A DNA stretch of 64,000 nt, taken from Camelus dromedarius. Lineage: Eukaryota. Shown here piece by piece: positions 48,408 through 62,060 of the stretch. The stretch spans positions 2,234,001 through 2,298,000 of the forward strand of contig NC_087438.1 of assembly GCF_036321535.1 (NCBI RefSeq), given 5' to 3'. The position numbers and the translations under genes are program-made. The notes beneath the pieces are model-generated. The model worked only from the letters and a program-made list of their open reading frames with translations. It had not been told where the DNA came from and did not search any database. The number at the start of each line of letters is the position of its first letter. Within the stretch, counting starts at the first letter, position 1.

Positions 48408-51400
48408 CTGGTAGAACAAGCAATAGGAGAAGAAAAATGCCGCTTCTAAACCCGTGTGCAGACAGCATCTCACTCAGCTCTCAGAACCAGAAAGAAGGTC
48501 ATTTTTTATTTCCACTTTAAAAATAAAGTCATGGTTCAAAAGATATGTAAGTAACACACCCAAGTTCACGGAGGTACAAGAAGACAGAGGAGAACTGGGG
48601 CTGGTCCTCTCTGGACTTCCCATCAGAGCAGCTTCCCGCCCCACCCTCCCTCCCCTGAACCACCCTCCCTCCCCTGAACCACCCTCCACATCACTGTCGC
48701 ACCGGCATCTGGACACTTCATCTCCTCCTGCTGGGCTGAGACGTGCTCCAAGCTCCTCACAGCCCTCGGGATGTGGGGTGAACTCTGCCTCGCTCACGTG
48801 TCCTGTGCCATCTGGGACCTTCACTCCCACAACACTGGGCTCACCCCTCCCAGTGCCAAGTCCCCTGGCCCAAATCCTCACACTTGCCCCGCTTCCACGG
48901 TCCTCTGAGTCTCTCTGCACATGGCTTCCCAAGCAGAAAGCCCTTTAGGGTCACCAGCATGGCTGGCCGCTCTAGCCCAGCCCAGCACATCAGCCCAGCC
49001 CCTGATGGGCCCCAGATGCGGTGAGTCAGCTGAGCAGGGCCTGCCCTCAGCGGTGGCTCCCCCACATCCCCGCATCTCTGCGTGGTGTGGTCCCTGCTGG
49101 GCTCTGAGCTCCTGAGAACACACCCCTACCCCCTCGGCATTCCCCGCCCCAGCTGTGCCTGACTGTGGGCAGGCATCTGAAAGCATCATGGTGGTGGCAG
49201 AAGGGAACGCGTCTCTGGGGGTGGGGACACCTGCATTGGCCACTTCTCCTCCATGCGTCTGCGGCTGGCAGTGCAGACTGCCCGGCCACCGTCAGGAGGA
49301 CAATGCAGGGGGGAGATTCTCACTCATCCATTCCTGCAAGGACTAAGCCAGGCTTCAAGTTCCCTAAATCCGCTGTTACTCGTAGGTCACAGACGAGAGG
49401 GTGCAGTGAGCCTGAGTCTGGGAGCAACAATATTTGCAGATGTCACGGGCCCCACAGGTCTCACCTCCTGCCTGGCGACAGGAGTGCCTTAGGTGCCTGC
49501 GCCGTCGGAAAGGCCCTTGCAGGGCTGGCCGCCCCCAGAACATTTCTGCCCTCACCCTTCTACGGCTAAATGAGAGTTTTTTTCCTGTGAAGTTTTGTTT
49601 CTCAGAGTTGAGGTAGAACTTGCCTCTGCTTGTTTGGTTTGGCCCTCCTAGGATACCACGGCCCCAGGTAAGGGAAGCCCCTGACGGGCAGAGCCCGCGG
49701 ACGGGGGTCGGCGCCTGCGGAACCTCCGTGATCACGCGCAGAAAGCGGGATTAGGCGTGCGTTTCACTCACCAGCAGTGGCAGCGGCATCGCCCCACCTG
49801 CTTGTACAGTTCACATTAAAACCTGAAACCCAGCAAATCCCACTTCACAATGGCTTTCCGTGCTGGAGCCTGTGAATTAAAGGCCTCCGCTGTTTGGGAG
49901 GATTATTTCCCTGCCGCTACTGGCTTCAAAGGAACAGGAGTCTCCTCTCCCTCACTCTTCCATCGATCCTCGATCAGGTGCCTTTGTTTTGGATTCCTCC
50001 CGAAACAAAGACAAACAGATACATGTTAAACACTTTCATGTACGGCTTTGTCTCAGTTCAGCTTTCTCACTGGCTTCCACTGCCTTGTTATAAAGATTAC
50101 TAGGCGGTTGGGGGAAAATCAGGGAATTACCATAAATTCTATTCACTAAATGCCGACACTTTCAGGCAAATTATCTCAATTGAAAAATACTTTGGCATCC
50201 CAAGTAATTATATGCAATTAAAACCCCTCTGTTCCTTGACGCTCCCCTGTTAATTTATAATAGAGTATCTGCACTCAGGGAAACGGAAAGGTTAGCAAAC
50301 ACTACAAATCAAAGCCATCTCTCAGCGCCACCAAAACAAAGCCGAACATTCATCCTGCTCACCGGGCACTTCAGAGTTCAGACCAAATTATTTAATACTC
50401 TCCTGCTCTGTAATGAGCTAGAAAGAATCTGGAGAGTGCTTCCTTGAAGACAGAATGTTCTCAGGCTCTCGGCAAACACGCAGGAGGGCTCCCGCCCCGC
50501 CCCACCGCCTCCAGGCCTGACGCGGACCCCGGGCTGGTGTTGGGGCGCTTCTCGCGGGGCCACATGCACCGCTTCCCCCGGGCTCCCCGTGCTCCCAGGG
50601 CTGCGGCTCCATCTGCACTTAAAGCTCCGAGAGTAGGTCGCCCCTGCAGCCGCCCGGCCCGGGCACCTGGGCTGCCTGCCCGGAGACCCCACTTCCCGCC
50701 CCGGCTTCACCTCCCCAGCAGTGAACCGGGCGTCCCGGTCTCCGACCGGCAGGTGCTGCCCTGGAGCCTGCAAAAGCCCCCCCCCCGGGGGGGCCGAGCT
50801 CCCACCCCCAGGCCGGAAGCCAGAGTTCTGTGTAAGTGACAGTAGATTATGGGAGGTAAGAGGCTAATTGTCCCCCACATAGTCGTCTGCAGGCAACTAT
50901 ACACAGAAGGGGGCGCTCTTTTAGGGAAACTGGGAACTCAGGCCACTCTTGCCAGGACACAAGGGATGACCAACAGTCTGGATTCTCCCAGGAAGGAGGG
51001 GGCTCTGGGGACTGAGGCTTCCCGTGTGGAAACCAGAAAGCCCCGGGCAAACTGGAGGAGCTGGTCACCCGCATGTACCTCGTGGTTCGGCTGTGCATGT
51101 GACCCTACGTGACAGGGGACCCGCTGGGCGTGTGTGGCTCAGACCACAACTCCTGGACCTGAGGGCGGTTATCCCAAAGCCCGGCCCACCCGGGTCCTGG
51201 CGCAGACTGCCTGGCCCAGGCCATCGTCAGGCCCTGGGGTCCCCCCACCTGGAGGCGAGGCCACACGGAGGAGCGTCTCCACGCCCCTATGCCTGGACCC
51301 CCCGGCACTTAGGAATAGACTAGTAAGATTTTCCTTCTTAGCCATCCAGTCACCCTCCCCTCCAGTATCAGATCCCTCCCAAGAGGCTGTAGGCAATGCT

Positions 51401-52606
51401 CCCAGTGGCAGGAGGAGAGAAGGCAACATTGCTGAGGAGGAATTTACTTCCATAAATATCTTTTCCCGCAGTGTGTGGGCTTCTGATGTGGCTGGAGGAG
51501 GGTCCAGGGTGGGTGATCCCCACTGCACGGCGGTCCTGCTTCCTTGGGAGGTGGGTCAGCATGCTCACGGCACTGCCACCACCTTCTGTCCAGTCCCAGG
51601 ATGCCCATCCCTGTTGGTTACGCCATTGTCCCCCAGCCTCGGGGCCGCCCATCCGTGGGGGAACACGTTGGGGGCCTTGCCACCCGTTCCCACCTCCAGG
51701 GACTGGCTTCAGGACAGGATGTGCACTGGGTGTGCCCGGACTGGGGGGGGGGGGGTTGCTGAGAGTGAGCCCCGCCGAGGGCTGAGGGTGGAGCCGCAGG
51801 GCCAGCTTCAAGAGGGACATCGCCAACGCCTGCTCCGTGTTGTCGCAGAGGCCGCCTGTCTCCAGAAGCTTGAATGAAGTCTTTTCTTATTGGAAGCCAA
51901 ATCTGATGGTTTGTTTTTGAGAGATACTTCCCACTGGGCTTTATCCACATTCTCAAATCTAAGCTGTAATGAAAAAATAAAAACAAAAAGCAAAGCAACC
52001 TGGACATGGATCTCAACTTGACCATTGTCCCTGGGTCTGTCTGCAGAGTGACTTCACAGCTCAGAAAGAACAGCCCTTCCCTTACCTGCTGAGCTGGCCC
52101 CTGCTCTGTCCCTCCACGGTGGTGGGGACTAACTCAGTGAGGTGGCAAATCTCAGAAAGGGAACGGCGCTGATAACAATCGCACCATCACAACACAAAGT
52201 CAGTTTTCCCGTTAAGTTGTCTTCCCCGAGACTCAGTGCCCGAAGGAAGCAGAGTCACCAGGACTGCTATCACTGAAAACGAGCAGCAGGACCCTTCAGA
52301 AATGGAACGTTCTGGTAAATATCTGTCACGGTAACAGGACCTGTGTTTTAACTTAAAACAGGGGTCTGAACATTTTTAAATGGTATCAAAACGCAGCTTG
52401 AACCAGAGCCTCAAGTGGGAGCCACGCGCACTGAGTGACGTCTGCCCCTTGGGTCACAGGTTCACGTGGCTCCCACCCTGAGGCAGTGAAGTGCTTGGCC
52501 CGCAAGCCAGTTAGCGTGTTACCAGGGGCTGCCAGTGCCCTGAAAGGCCAGCACCCACGTCTGTTTAATCAGATGGCCCCTCCCAGCCCACCCCCGGGTG
52601 TGACTC

Positions 52607-52812
52607 CAGCCCACTGCCCGCAGAACTTCCCGCCATGATGCAAATGCCCTGTATCTACACTGCCCACGGCACAAGCCACGGGTCTCACACGGCTATTGAG
52701 TCCTTGAAATGTGCCTGCAAGACTGAGAAACCACATTTAAAATTGCATTGTATTGTATTTGCATTTAGATGTAATATCATGGATGGCAAGTGGCCGCCCT
52801 GTTGGACAGCAG
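52607..52812 (+). mobile_element. MER3-like hAT-Charlie MITE
   Basis: 'agaacttcccgccatgatgcaaatgccctgtatctacactgccc...ggctattgagtccttgaaatgtg...gactgagaaac...gtggccgccctgttggacagca'. Confidence 0.8.
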
Positions 52813-52949
52813 TTTCTGAACTTTGACTGAACAGTTGGCAAGAGTTAAAAAAAAAAAAAAAAGACAGTTTGTAGTTAAATGCAGATGAAACCAGAAACTA
52901 TTTTAACTTAACACATATTTGCAATATTTTTTTTGTTTGTTTTTTTTTC

Positions 52950-53480
52950 ATTTAAATACTCAGTGTTGGTGAGCACAGGGACAGATGCCCCCACAGAGAC
53001 CAACAGAGCTCGTACACATTGATACAAGTTTGGGGGGATGCCATTGGAAACATTTATCAAAACTATGTTTTAAAAGTGCCTATCCTTCGTCCAAGAAATT
53101 TCATTCCGAGATTTATCTTGAAGAGCTAACTGAGGCCTCAGAGGAAGACTAGGGACACGATTATAAACAATGCTGTTATTGAGAGTTATTTAAAAAACCC
53201 CAAACTAATTCAGAGCCCAAGAATAGAAGAAAAGGTTAAATAGATTGATGGCGTACTTCTGAGAATATTAGATGACACTGGGAAGTGTTTACAATATAAC
53301 TTTAATCAAAATGTCTGGATACAAAACACTACATAAGATGTGATTCTTAGCTTATTTATGTTTGTATTTACATCCCCAAAACACTGCCCAGAATCAGAGC
53401 TGAACAGAAAAATTATTTATCTTTTATAATTTTCTATATTTTCTTAAATGTGTCTAAATTATTTTTAACAAAGGAAAAGA
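52950..53480 (+). mobile_element. Ancient L1ME-like 3' remnant
   Basis: 'aatactcagtgttggtgag', 'aagtgcctatccttcgtccaagaaatttcattccgagatttatct' and an AT-rich 3' UTR-like tail. Confidence 0.5.
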
Positions 53481-54952
53481 TCAGTGGCATGAATTCGTTT
53501 GGTCCACCTGTTGGTCATTCGGACATGGGCATCTGGGACAGTAAATGGTACCCGGGGAGCGGAGGAGGCTGCTCTCAGCACTTCCTGTTTGGTTCATGCC
53601 ATCAGGGTACCACTTAGCTGCAAATCTCAGCTGAGAAAATCAATTGATTATTGGCTTAACGTGTGGGTCCCTGCCCGATAGCCTGTCCCTTTCCTTGCTG
53701 TGTGCAGCTCTGCACTTGTCCCGTGGAGAATCTTTGGATCCAAGAGTGACCTGGCATAGACCCCGATGCTGGGGACACTCATCTATTTAAAATAATAACA
53801 GCTGCAAAATGGTCAAATGCAAAAACCCCGGGACGGGGTGATGGGCTTGGAGAAGTAACTGCCTTCTGCCTTCTGCCTTCATGCCTTCCAGCAAGGCACC
53901 CGCTTGGACGCCCTGGGAGGTGGAGGGAGCGGCTCCCTCCTCGTGGACCGTGTTCCTCCAGCGCTGCAGGCCTGGCTGGTCCTGCAGCTGGGGTGAGCCC
54001 TGTGGCTCGAAGGCCCGACTGCTCCCCACACTGCATGGTCTAATCCCTCGCTGCTGGGAGGGCCGGGCGGCAGCTCCAAGCTGAGCTCCATGCAAACTTG
54101 TGATGACTAACTTAATGAATCGTGTCAAATCTTAAACTTTATTTTATTTTATTTTTTATCAGCTGCTGAATAATTGAAGGAGAGCAGGTGCCCAATTGAC
54201 ATCCCGCCCCAGGCGTGAGCCTGTCTTGCCACCGCCTCGCCTCCCAAGACAGGTGGCAAGAGGAGTGTGGCTTCGCACAGAAGTGGTACCCTCTCCCCTG
54301 TCAAAACTTCTTCCTGCTGTCAGAAAGCACTCTCCCTCCGCTCCCTCAGTCACCGCTTCCCACGGAAGGTAAACACCCTCTAAATCAATAATTGATGAAA
54401 AGGACTTTCAAAAGCAGCAGTGACCCTCACATCTCACTTAGATATTCTTGTTTTGACACAACCATTATCTGATGTTTTTAGAAAATCATCAAAGTCTAAA
54501 TGATCAGCAAAATAAAGTTTAAATCACAAATGTTTTCTTCTGTATTGAACTCCTTGTGCAAGAAGGTGCCAATTTTAAAAATAAATGAATGGATGATGAA
54601 TCGCCTGGTGCCTTTCACCAATGGATGAAGTGCAGCTGGCGGTCAGAGACTCAGCCCTGGCTCCCCAGCCCGGGCGGCCTCCCTCCTGTCCCCCATCCAC
54701 GCCCGCGTGCGAGCTCAGAGCTGCTCGCCCATGTTCAGAAACAGATTGCACATCGGAATCGTAAAGCTGTAGTATTGCAAAGTTCAGCCCGAAAAGCCAT
54801 GCATCCAAAACGTCTGTTATACCCCCAATTTAAGATCCTACAAGAGTGGTAATAGGGTTTCATTCTACATCCTGAATCTTGGCTGGGGGAAGAAACAGAG
54901 TATAAAATAGCGCAAATGTGAAGAGCGGTGGCAGGAGCGAGTTCCCTGGGAA

Positions 54953-55125
54953 ATTTTGTTTTGAAGAGGAGTTGATGTGCAGTGTCGTGTTAGATTCAGG
55001 TGCGCAGCAGGCTGACTCGGTTACACGTACGTGCGCACACTCTTTCTCCTTCTCTTTCTCGTGATAGGTTATTGCAGGATGTTGGGTATCGTCTCCTGTG
55101 CTGCACAGTAGGAACTGGTTATTTT
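54953..55125 (-). mobile_element. L1 3' end fragment, strongly GC-shifted
   Basis: 'ttgaaggagagttgatgtgcagtgtcgtgttagattcaggtgcgcagcaggctgactcggttacac...ataggttattgcaggatgttgggtatcgtctcctgtgctgcacagtagg' is colinear with the other L1 3' ends. Confidence 0.8.
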
Positions 55126-55450
55126 CCTTAAGTTTTATTTTTGATTCTAACTTCAAAAATGCATTTCTTCCTTTCAGGAGGGTAATTTCAAAAGAAAACA
55201 AAGGGACAAGAGCTAACTGAGTGAGTGGACTCGTGTTTTGAACTTTTGTGTGTGGGCAGCGATCTCAGACATCCCCCCAGATTTTGAATGCTGGTATTTG
55301 GGGGCTGTTGGGGTCTTTTTCTGTCTCCATTTCTGACTACAGACACATCCTATTTTAAGTAACCGTGTTGATATTTTAAGGATAAGCTCTTGATTTCATT
55401 CACTTAAATGTTGAGCTTCCGAATCTATTTTAAATTAATTCATTTATATT

Positions 55451-55464
55451 ACACACACACACAA

Positions 55465-55503
<39 letters not shown>
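55451..55503. repeat. (CA)n microsatellite
   Basis: Two perfect CA runs separated by 'aat'. Confidence 0.97.
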
Positions 55504-55504
<1 letters not shown>

Positions 55505-56394
55505 TTTCTTCTCAAATTGAAACCTCTATTCCGCAGAGGCAAGCGCACCCAGAATACGGCATCCATCATCTGCGGGCAGAACTGATGGATCCAGGTGGGA
55601 GGGGTTGAAGGATGACGCTCCCTCTCATTTGGAGAACGTGGTCCATCCCCGCAGCCCAGACTGATGGAGAACGCCGCGTCGCCATTCCTGCTCCCACTCC
55701 ATTTTCTTTCTTTATTTTTACCCTCCCTCCTTACCCCCTTAAAACAGTGATGGGTAAGTAAAAAGAGCAGGTCTTAATTAAATGTAAATCAGTGTAAGGA
55801 ACAGCTTTTGTGCATGGAGTTTAATGTAAGGATAAGATCTAACAAAGAGGGGCAGGCTCTCTCCCCACAGTCGTGATGGAGGAGGAGGCTGGCAGGCCCT
55901 GAGACGCCCCTGGACAGTCCTTGCATCACTTCTGCCTCCCCGAAGGTGCACTGACATTGCAAGTAACTCCGAGCCCCAGACTTGCAGGGACTTCACGCAC
56001 CAGTGGCTTCTTTTTTGTTCGTATCACGTGTCCACCAGGGAGGACACAGGACCTCTGCTCACCCCCCAGTGAAGGTTCCCAGGCTGATGAAGGCTTCATC
56101 TCAACATGTGAATCATGCACCAGCCCTTAATTTGTGCTCTAGGGAATGACACCTGTCCCTCTGCTCACAGTTCACCCTCCACAAGACACATCGCCACACC
56201 CAGCCTCAAGTGAGAAAGCAAGACCCACACCAGGTTCCCAGAAGTAGAGGCTGGGGATGTGAGAGCAAACCTAGGGGCCACAACAAACATGACCATTCTG
56301 GGCCCCAGGGCCAAAGCTGGGAATACCAAGCTACTCAGGACACCCTATTCCCTTCACCAAAAGGCTGGGTGCCCCAACGTCCTTAGTGTCTCGC

Positions 56395-56775
56395 AAGGCC
56401 ATTGACCCAGTTCTGCCACTGCAACATGTGGGAGCTCTGCTGGGGGACTCCTGAGAATGACCACTCTTTCAGGTGTAAGTAAGCCTCTTTCCTCTGCCTG
56501 CCTTTCTCGCTACATGAATGTGTATGTCTGAGGATGTGATGCTTGGTGCTGTGGCAGCCATATCGAAGCCATGAGGCAACACCAACAAGCTGTGGATGGT
56601 AGAGCAGAAAAAACAGAGAGCCTTGGCATCGATGAAACCATGGAGCCACTGCATCAAACTCTGAATTGCACATCTCCAGGCTCCTTATGTGGGACGACAG
56701 AGTGACTTTTCCGCTTAAGTCAGGACCAGTGACATATTTCGTTGTGTGTAGCTGAATGAATCCAAACTGATTCAA
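56395..56775 (+). mobile_element. MaLR LTR, MLT1J/K-like
   Basis: 'tgacccagttctgcc...gaggatgtgatgcttggtgctgtggcagccat...ggatggtagagcagaaaa...tgtagctgaatgaatccaaactgattca'. Confidence 0.75.
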
Positions 56776-58148
56776 TCATACTTCTGCAAATAACTAGACA
56801 GAAGGTGGACTATCACGAACATCACAATAGAGATCTAGTAATCAGTGAGGGGATGTGAAGGGGGATTAATTGCACTGGAGCTGCTGGGGAGATATTCTTG
56901 AGAAGTAAAGATGCTACAAACTGGTAGGAACCTGGCACAAGGAGACTGTCTGCAGCATCCCAGCATGCGGGGTCGGGGCAGGGGTAACGCCCTTTCTTCT
57001 CACCTTTCATTTGCTCATCACCGACTGGGCACCAGACTCTGTGCTGGGTCCTGGGTGGGGGTGGGGCACTGGTCAAGGTAGGTTATTTGCTGCCAGTGCT
57101 GTCACCCTCCAGCTGGGAGGCTGCTTGGACAGAAGCTCAGAGAGGTCAGCGTCTTTGGGCCACACGTGGCAGAGCCTTCCGGACAGCAGGACCACACGAG
57201 CAGAGGCAGGGCTGAGAGAGGGAGGGGGCGTTACCAGCAGGACCCCTGGGTGCATCCGAGGCTGTGCCTCGTGGCAGCTAGCGGGGAACTGAAGTCCAGA
57301 CCCGCTGCATGTACCGAATCCACCCCTGCTCACGCCCTTTCAGTTTGGGTTTGCGCCGCCCCGGGCACGGGCTCCAGCTTTGGTCTAGCTCGGCCTACAG
57401 CCCCGACTTAACAGGAAGCTCAGGGCGCCGCAGCACTCCCGGGCGAGACGCAGCTCTGCGAACTCGGAGTGGAGCTGACTGTGGAAAAGTTCAGCAGCCC
57501 CTACCGGGCAACAGCCATTGAAGGAGCTTTCAGAGGGCCCCACCTCCCTCTCGTGTCCTGAATGAGGGTCGCTTTAATTAAGTGACATTAAAATCCGGCA
57601 GCTTTAGCCTCTTGGATTTGATCAGCCGTAATTCAGACAGCTTCGGTGCCAGCTCTCAAAGTGCGTCTTTTCAGTTCACCAGCCCGAGCGCTTGCACGCC
57701 TAGGGTGACGTGCAAGGTAAAAGCGCGTTGCTTCTCAGCTTGGAGAGGAAAGAGGAAATGGGTGAAACTCCATAAAATCACAGCAGGCATGAGAAGAGTT
57801 AAAAGAAAGTGTCCTCTGAGTCCTCAGTATGACTGGAATGTTCAGGAAAACCAGAGGGAGTCCTGGCTCCGCCGGGAAGTGACAGAAGCGAATAAACCCC
57901 AGATGCCTGGGCTCAGCCCCGCTGCCCTCTGGTCCGGGGCTGGGGCCCTGGGCATCGTTCTAAGGCATTTCTGAGACTGCCCGCCCATCATTGGGCAGAG
58001 GCCTGGGGGCTGTAAGGAGTCGCCTCCCCTCAGATGCCCAGGCTGTGGTCTCCACGGTTATGTCAGAACTTCCTGTCCACGTGGCCCAGTCACGGGGAGT
58101 CTGTGCAAGATCCCCAGCACCAGAGAAAGAAGAGCCAGAGCTAGGCCC

Positions 58149-58520
58149 TGCCGTGGGTTAAACAGTGGTCCTAACGCCCAGAACCTGGGGACGAGACCTC
58201 ATTTGGAAAAATGGTCTTTGCAGATGGGATTAACCCAAAGATGCTGATAAGAAGAGATCACTCTGGATTATCTGGATGGCCCCTAAATCCAGTGACAAGT
58301 GTCCTGATGAGAAGCAGAAGAGAGACACAGACGCAGAGGAGGCCACGTGAAGATGAGGCTGAGGGCAGAGTGATGGAGTCTGGAGGCCCGGAGATGCCTG
58401 GACCCCCAGAAGCAGGAGGGGTTCTGGAGGCAGCGAGGCCCCACGATGTTGAGGGCGGACTTCTGGCCCCCAGACTCTGAGAGAACCAAGGTCTATTGCT
58501 TTAGGTCACCCAGCGCCTTG
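58149..58520 (+). mobile_element. MaLR LTR, MLT1C-like
   Basis: 'tgccgtgggttaaacagtgg...atttggaaaaatggtctttgcagatg...ctggattatctggatggccctaaatccagtgacaagtgtcct...ggacttctggcccccagactctgagagaa'. Confidence 0.85.
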
Positions 58521-61159
58521 TCAGGGCCCCTGGAGCCCCCACCCGAGCCCCACGCACCTGAGGCCCCGCCAGCCCGGCTAAGCAGAGGCACCTGCCGAGT
58601 TTCTCTCTGGGCGCTGCCTCCCCGCTGCTGTGGCAAAGGTGGACCGTGAAGGGATGGGGTCCCCGCCAGGCCCCTCGGCTCCAGACACCCCTCCTCCCCA
58701 GGCCTCTGACGCCGGCAGAGCTGGGACGAGGCACGGACCATCTCGCTGCGTGACTGCCGCAGGCGGGCCCCAGAAGGCCGGCTCTCGCCCCAGGACATTC
58801 GGGACCTCGAAGACCCTAAAGAGCTTGGAGCTTCCGGGGCTTCCAGACTCTGAGCCCCCGGCCGACTCCAGGCCTTCACTCCAGAATCTCTGCGCAGCAA
58901 CACTCTCTCAATCTGCTATGAAACCTACTTCAGAAAAAACTTCCCGTGCCCTTGGCATCTCACGTAGAAAACTCGGGCCAAAACCCACAGTGGTAAGTCA
59001 CCCAGGTGTTATGTTTTCAGCAAGGCCGTTTAGAACATCATTCCACCGGATTGTCGGGTTCCCCGAAGCCGCCGGCATGTAGTTCCAGTGACCCCCCGAG
59101 GCCGAGGCTTCCGTCTGCGTGTCTCACACAGGCAGGACATGCTCCACGGGGTCCTGATTTACCGACCTCACGGCCGGGGAAGCCGCCCCTTGGACGCGGC
59201 CGGGACCCTCCTCACTCTTGTCATCTTAGTCCAAACTCCAAACTCGCAGCGAACTGGAGAGCTCTGAACAGGAACCAGCTCACCTTTCTGCTTTGTGGTT
59301 TATCGATGACACTTCATGAATAGAGAAAATAAAAATATGAAGTGATTAGGTATTCTGAGAGAAGACTTCCAGAATATTCCATGAATCCCCAAAGAAGGTT
59401 CCAGGGGACAATGTAACAACTACAAAGAAATTAAACAAATAGACGTTTCATTTTCTTCAGGGCCTTCTTGCTAAGTCAGCCAGGAAGCCCTGTAGTGTAA
59501 CTGCATTTTCTAAAGTCAATTGCACTGATGTAAAGTTGTTTTGCCCCAAAACTGATCCTTTAAAGGTGTGGCTACGGGTGATTAAGGCAATTATTAAGGT
59601 CATTAATTCTACCCCCCACCTCCCCACCTGCGCTGGTCACTCCGCAGGTGAAAGGACAAACACAGCAGGGGACACCTGTTCTAAAAACAAAAGTAGAATT
59701 TCCCTTGAATGACTTTTTTGAATTTATCATCAAGATACACCCCTCAGCCACAGATGCCCAAATCAGTTTATGAGAGAAAAGCAGGCCTGCCCCTTTGAGC
59801 ATGAACACACGGGCAGAAGGGGCTAGAACAGCTCTGAAAACCGAAATGAAGAAACACTGGGGCTGCAGTGACACACAGACGCTGCCACTCACATTCCGAT
59901 GACAGCCCAGCCAAGGCCTGGGCAGGGCTTGGACGTCTGAGTCTGACTTTACAGTGCATGGTGCACGTCTGTGGTGAAAAGTAGTAACAGTAATAAATAA
60001 ATAATAAGTTATTTTCTAAAATAATGTGTGGGTGACCGACCCACCCTAAAAGGTGAGTTAGGAAGGCTTTCTGTGCAGCCAGGCCCCCGAAGCACCTGCC
60101 ATGGGGGGATGCAGAGCCGGCCGCAGGGATGCAGTGGGGCTCCCATCTCACCAGGGCCCCGGCCTCCACAAAAGGGGTCCCTGCACCCCGGGGACTCATC
60201 CCCCAGCTCTCAGGCGGGCTTCCCATCACAACCACAGAGAAGGTGGGGTGTTGTCCTCAACGGAAGCCTAACCAAATGTCACACGCATCCAAGTGGAGAC
60301 GCCCTCGCCGGGGCAGGAATGCAAGATGCTCAGGCAGGATGGCTCGGCGACCCCACACGGGCTGCTGGCTGATCCGACCCCAGCCAGACGCCCTTGCACT
60401 GGGAGCTGATTCAGCGAGCCAGCGCACTCACGCCCTGGCGTCCTGAGCGGCAGGTTTTGACACGTGGTGAGGTGCTACGTGCTGACACAAAAAAAATGGG
60501 GAAGACGTCCTTAAGGGGAAGTTGACCTGCAGACATTGGCCAACTGTGCCTGCATCGCTTGTGCAAAGACACACACGAAGCTACGCACACGCACGTATAC
60601 GGGTGTGCACGTATCCATCTGTGAGTGTGCAGAGCAACGTATCTGAGCACACGGGGGGCAGAAAGAATCACCACAGGAAGGGGTAGCCAACACCTTTGGG
60701 AATGGAACAGGGATTGACAGGGGAGGGGCGGTGGGGTTGCCCGGGGATATTTTTATTTTACGGGAAAACTGTAATGACAAGAGTATATGTACGTGTTGTT
60801 CCCTCCGTTAAAAACAAAAACAAGATGCATGATGTGATGTGATGTGTCGTCCTGGGCTGCCTGCAGGGGGTGTGAGTCCTCCCTAGAGATGCAGGGGAGG
60901 GGCTGGAGGGGGGTGTCCCGGGACTGACGGTGACCCCCGGGCCACGCGCTTCAGCCTGGGAAGGGAAGTGACTCTCAGGAAATGACACCGGGGAGCATGG
61001 GGTCTGGGAAGCTCCTGTGAGGACAGGGAAATGAAGGGCTCCCCTGGGGCAGATGGGGATGGGCCAGGGCGGTGGACAGATTACACCTCGCCCAGCGTGC
61101 TGGACTCTGCTCTCTAGGACACGGGGAAACCTGGACACCTGTTAACTCGGTGAGAGTAA

Positions 61160-62060
61160 CTTGGCCAGTATGCGGTGTGGAAAGGTTGCCCCTGAAGCAG
61201 AATGGAAGATGTGTTAAAACGAAGCCAGACTGAAGGCAGGGAGGTCATTCAGGAAACCGCGGCAGTGACCTAGTCTGTTGAAGATGTCAACTGAAGTAAA
61301 AGAAGGCTAACAAGTAGGGTGACCATGTAACTTGTCCAACTTGGGGCACTCCAGGAAATGAAATGTGGGCCCAGAGAGACACTGCGGTTGTCCCAGGCAC
61401 ACTGGAGTGAATGGGCCCCTCATTCAGAGGGCGTGAGGGGGACAGAAGCTTTGAAGAGACATCCGTGAAGTCCCACGTTGCCAGTCTGTCCACGAGGGCA
61501 GGACAGCGGCCACCTCTCCTGTTCTCCGTTCTCCCTTTCCTTCAGTATCTCCAAGGTCACGTCCAGGAATACGATGGGCGCTCAACCACTCACCACTGAA
61601 TAAATGGATGGTGAACAGGACAGAATTGAAGACAGACATATGAAGAAGGCGTCAGGCTGGCGGCCAAGATTCTGGCCACTTCCTGCAGGACCGTCCCCTT
61701 TGCTAGGATCACAGAGCCACGAAGAGGAGACGTCCATCGGCAGGTTGTCAGGTGAAGATGCGTCCAGTGCAGTGGACTGTTTGAGTCTGTAGCTCTTGGC
61801 TGAGATTCGGATGAAAGACACAGATTTGGGAGCCCACTGGTCAGAGCCCAGAGTGTGAGTGACGTTTTCCAGTTGGGGTGGGGGCAGACTAAAATAAGGG
61901 GCAGAACAGAGCTCACGAGGGCCCTGGGGTTCGCAGGTGGGGAAAAGAAGAGATTAAGGGCAAGGCAGACGGAGAAGGAGAAAGCTGAGAAACAAGGAAA
62001 CTGGGGGGGAGGTGGTGCCAGTGACAGTGGGTGTCGGGGCCAGGAGTCAAAGTCAGATTT
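61160..62060 (-). mobile_element. LINE-2 remnants, interrupted by a MER81-like element
   Basis: 'agactgaaggcagggaggtcattcaggaaaccgcggcagtgacctag' and 'cagtggactgtttgagtctgtagctc...cagatttgggagc' resemble reverse-strand L2. Confidence 0.55.
61315..61421. mobile_element. MER81-like hAT-Blackjack MITE
   Basis: Terminus tagggtgaccat...gtccaacttggggcact...tgtcccaggcacactgg...atgggcccct. Confidence 0.6.
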
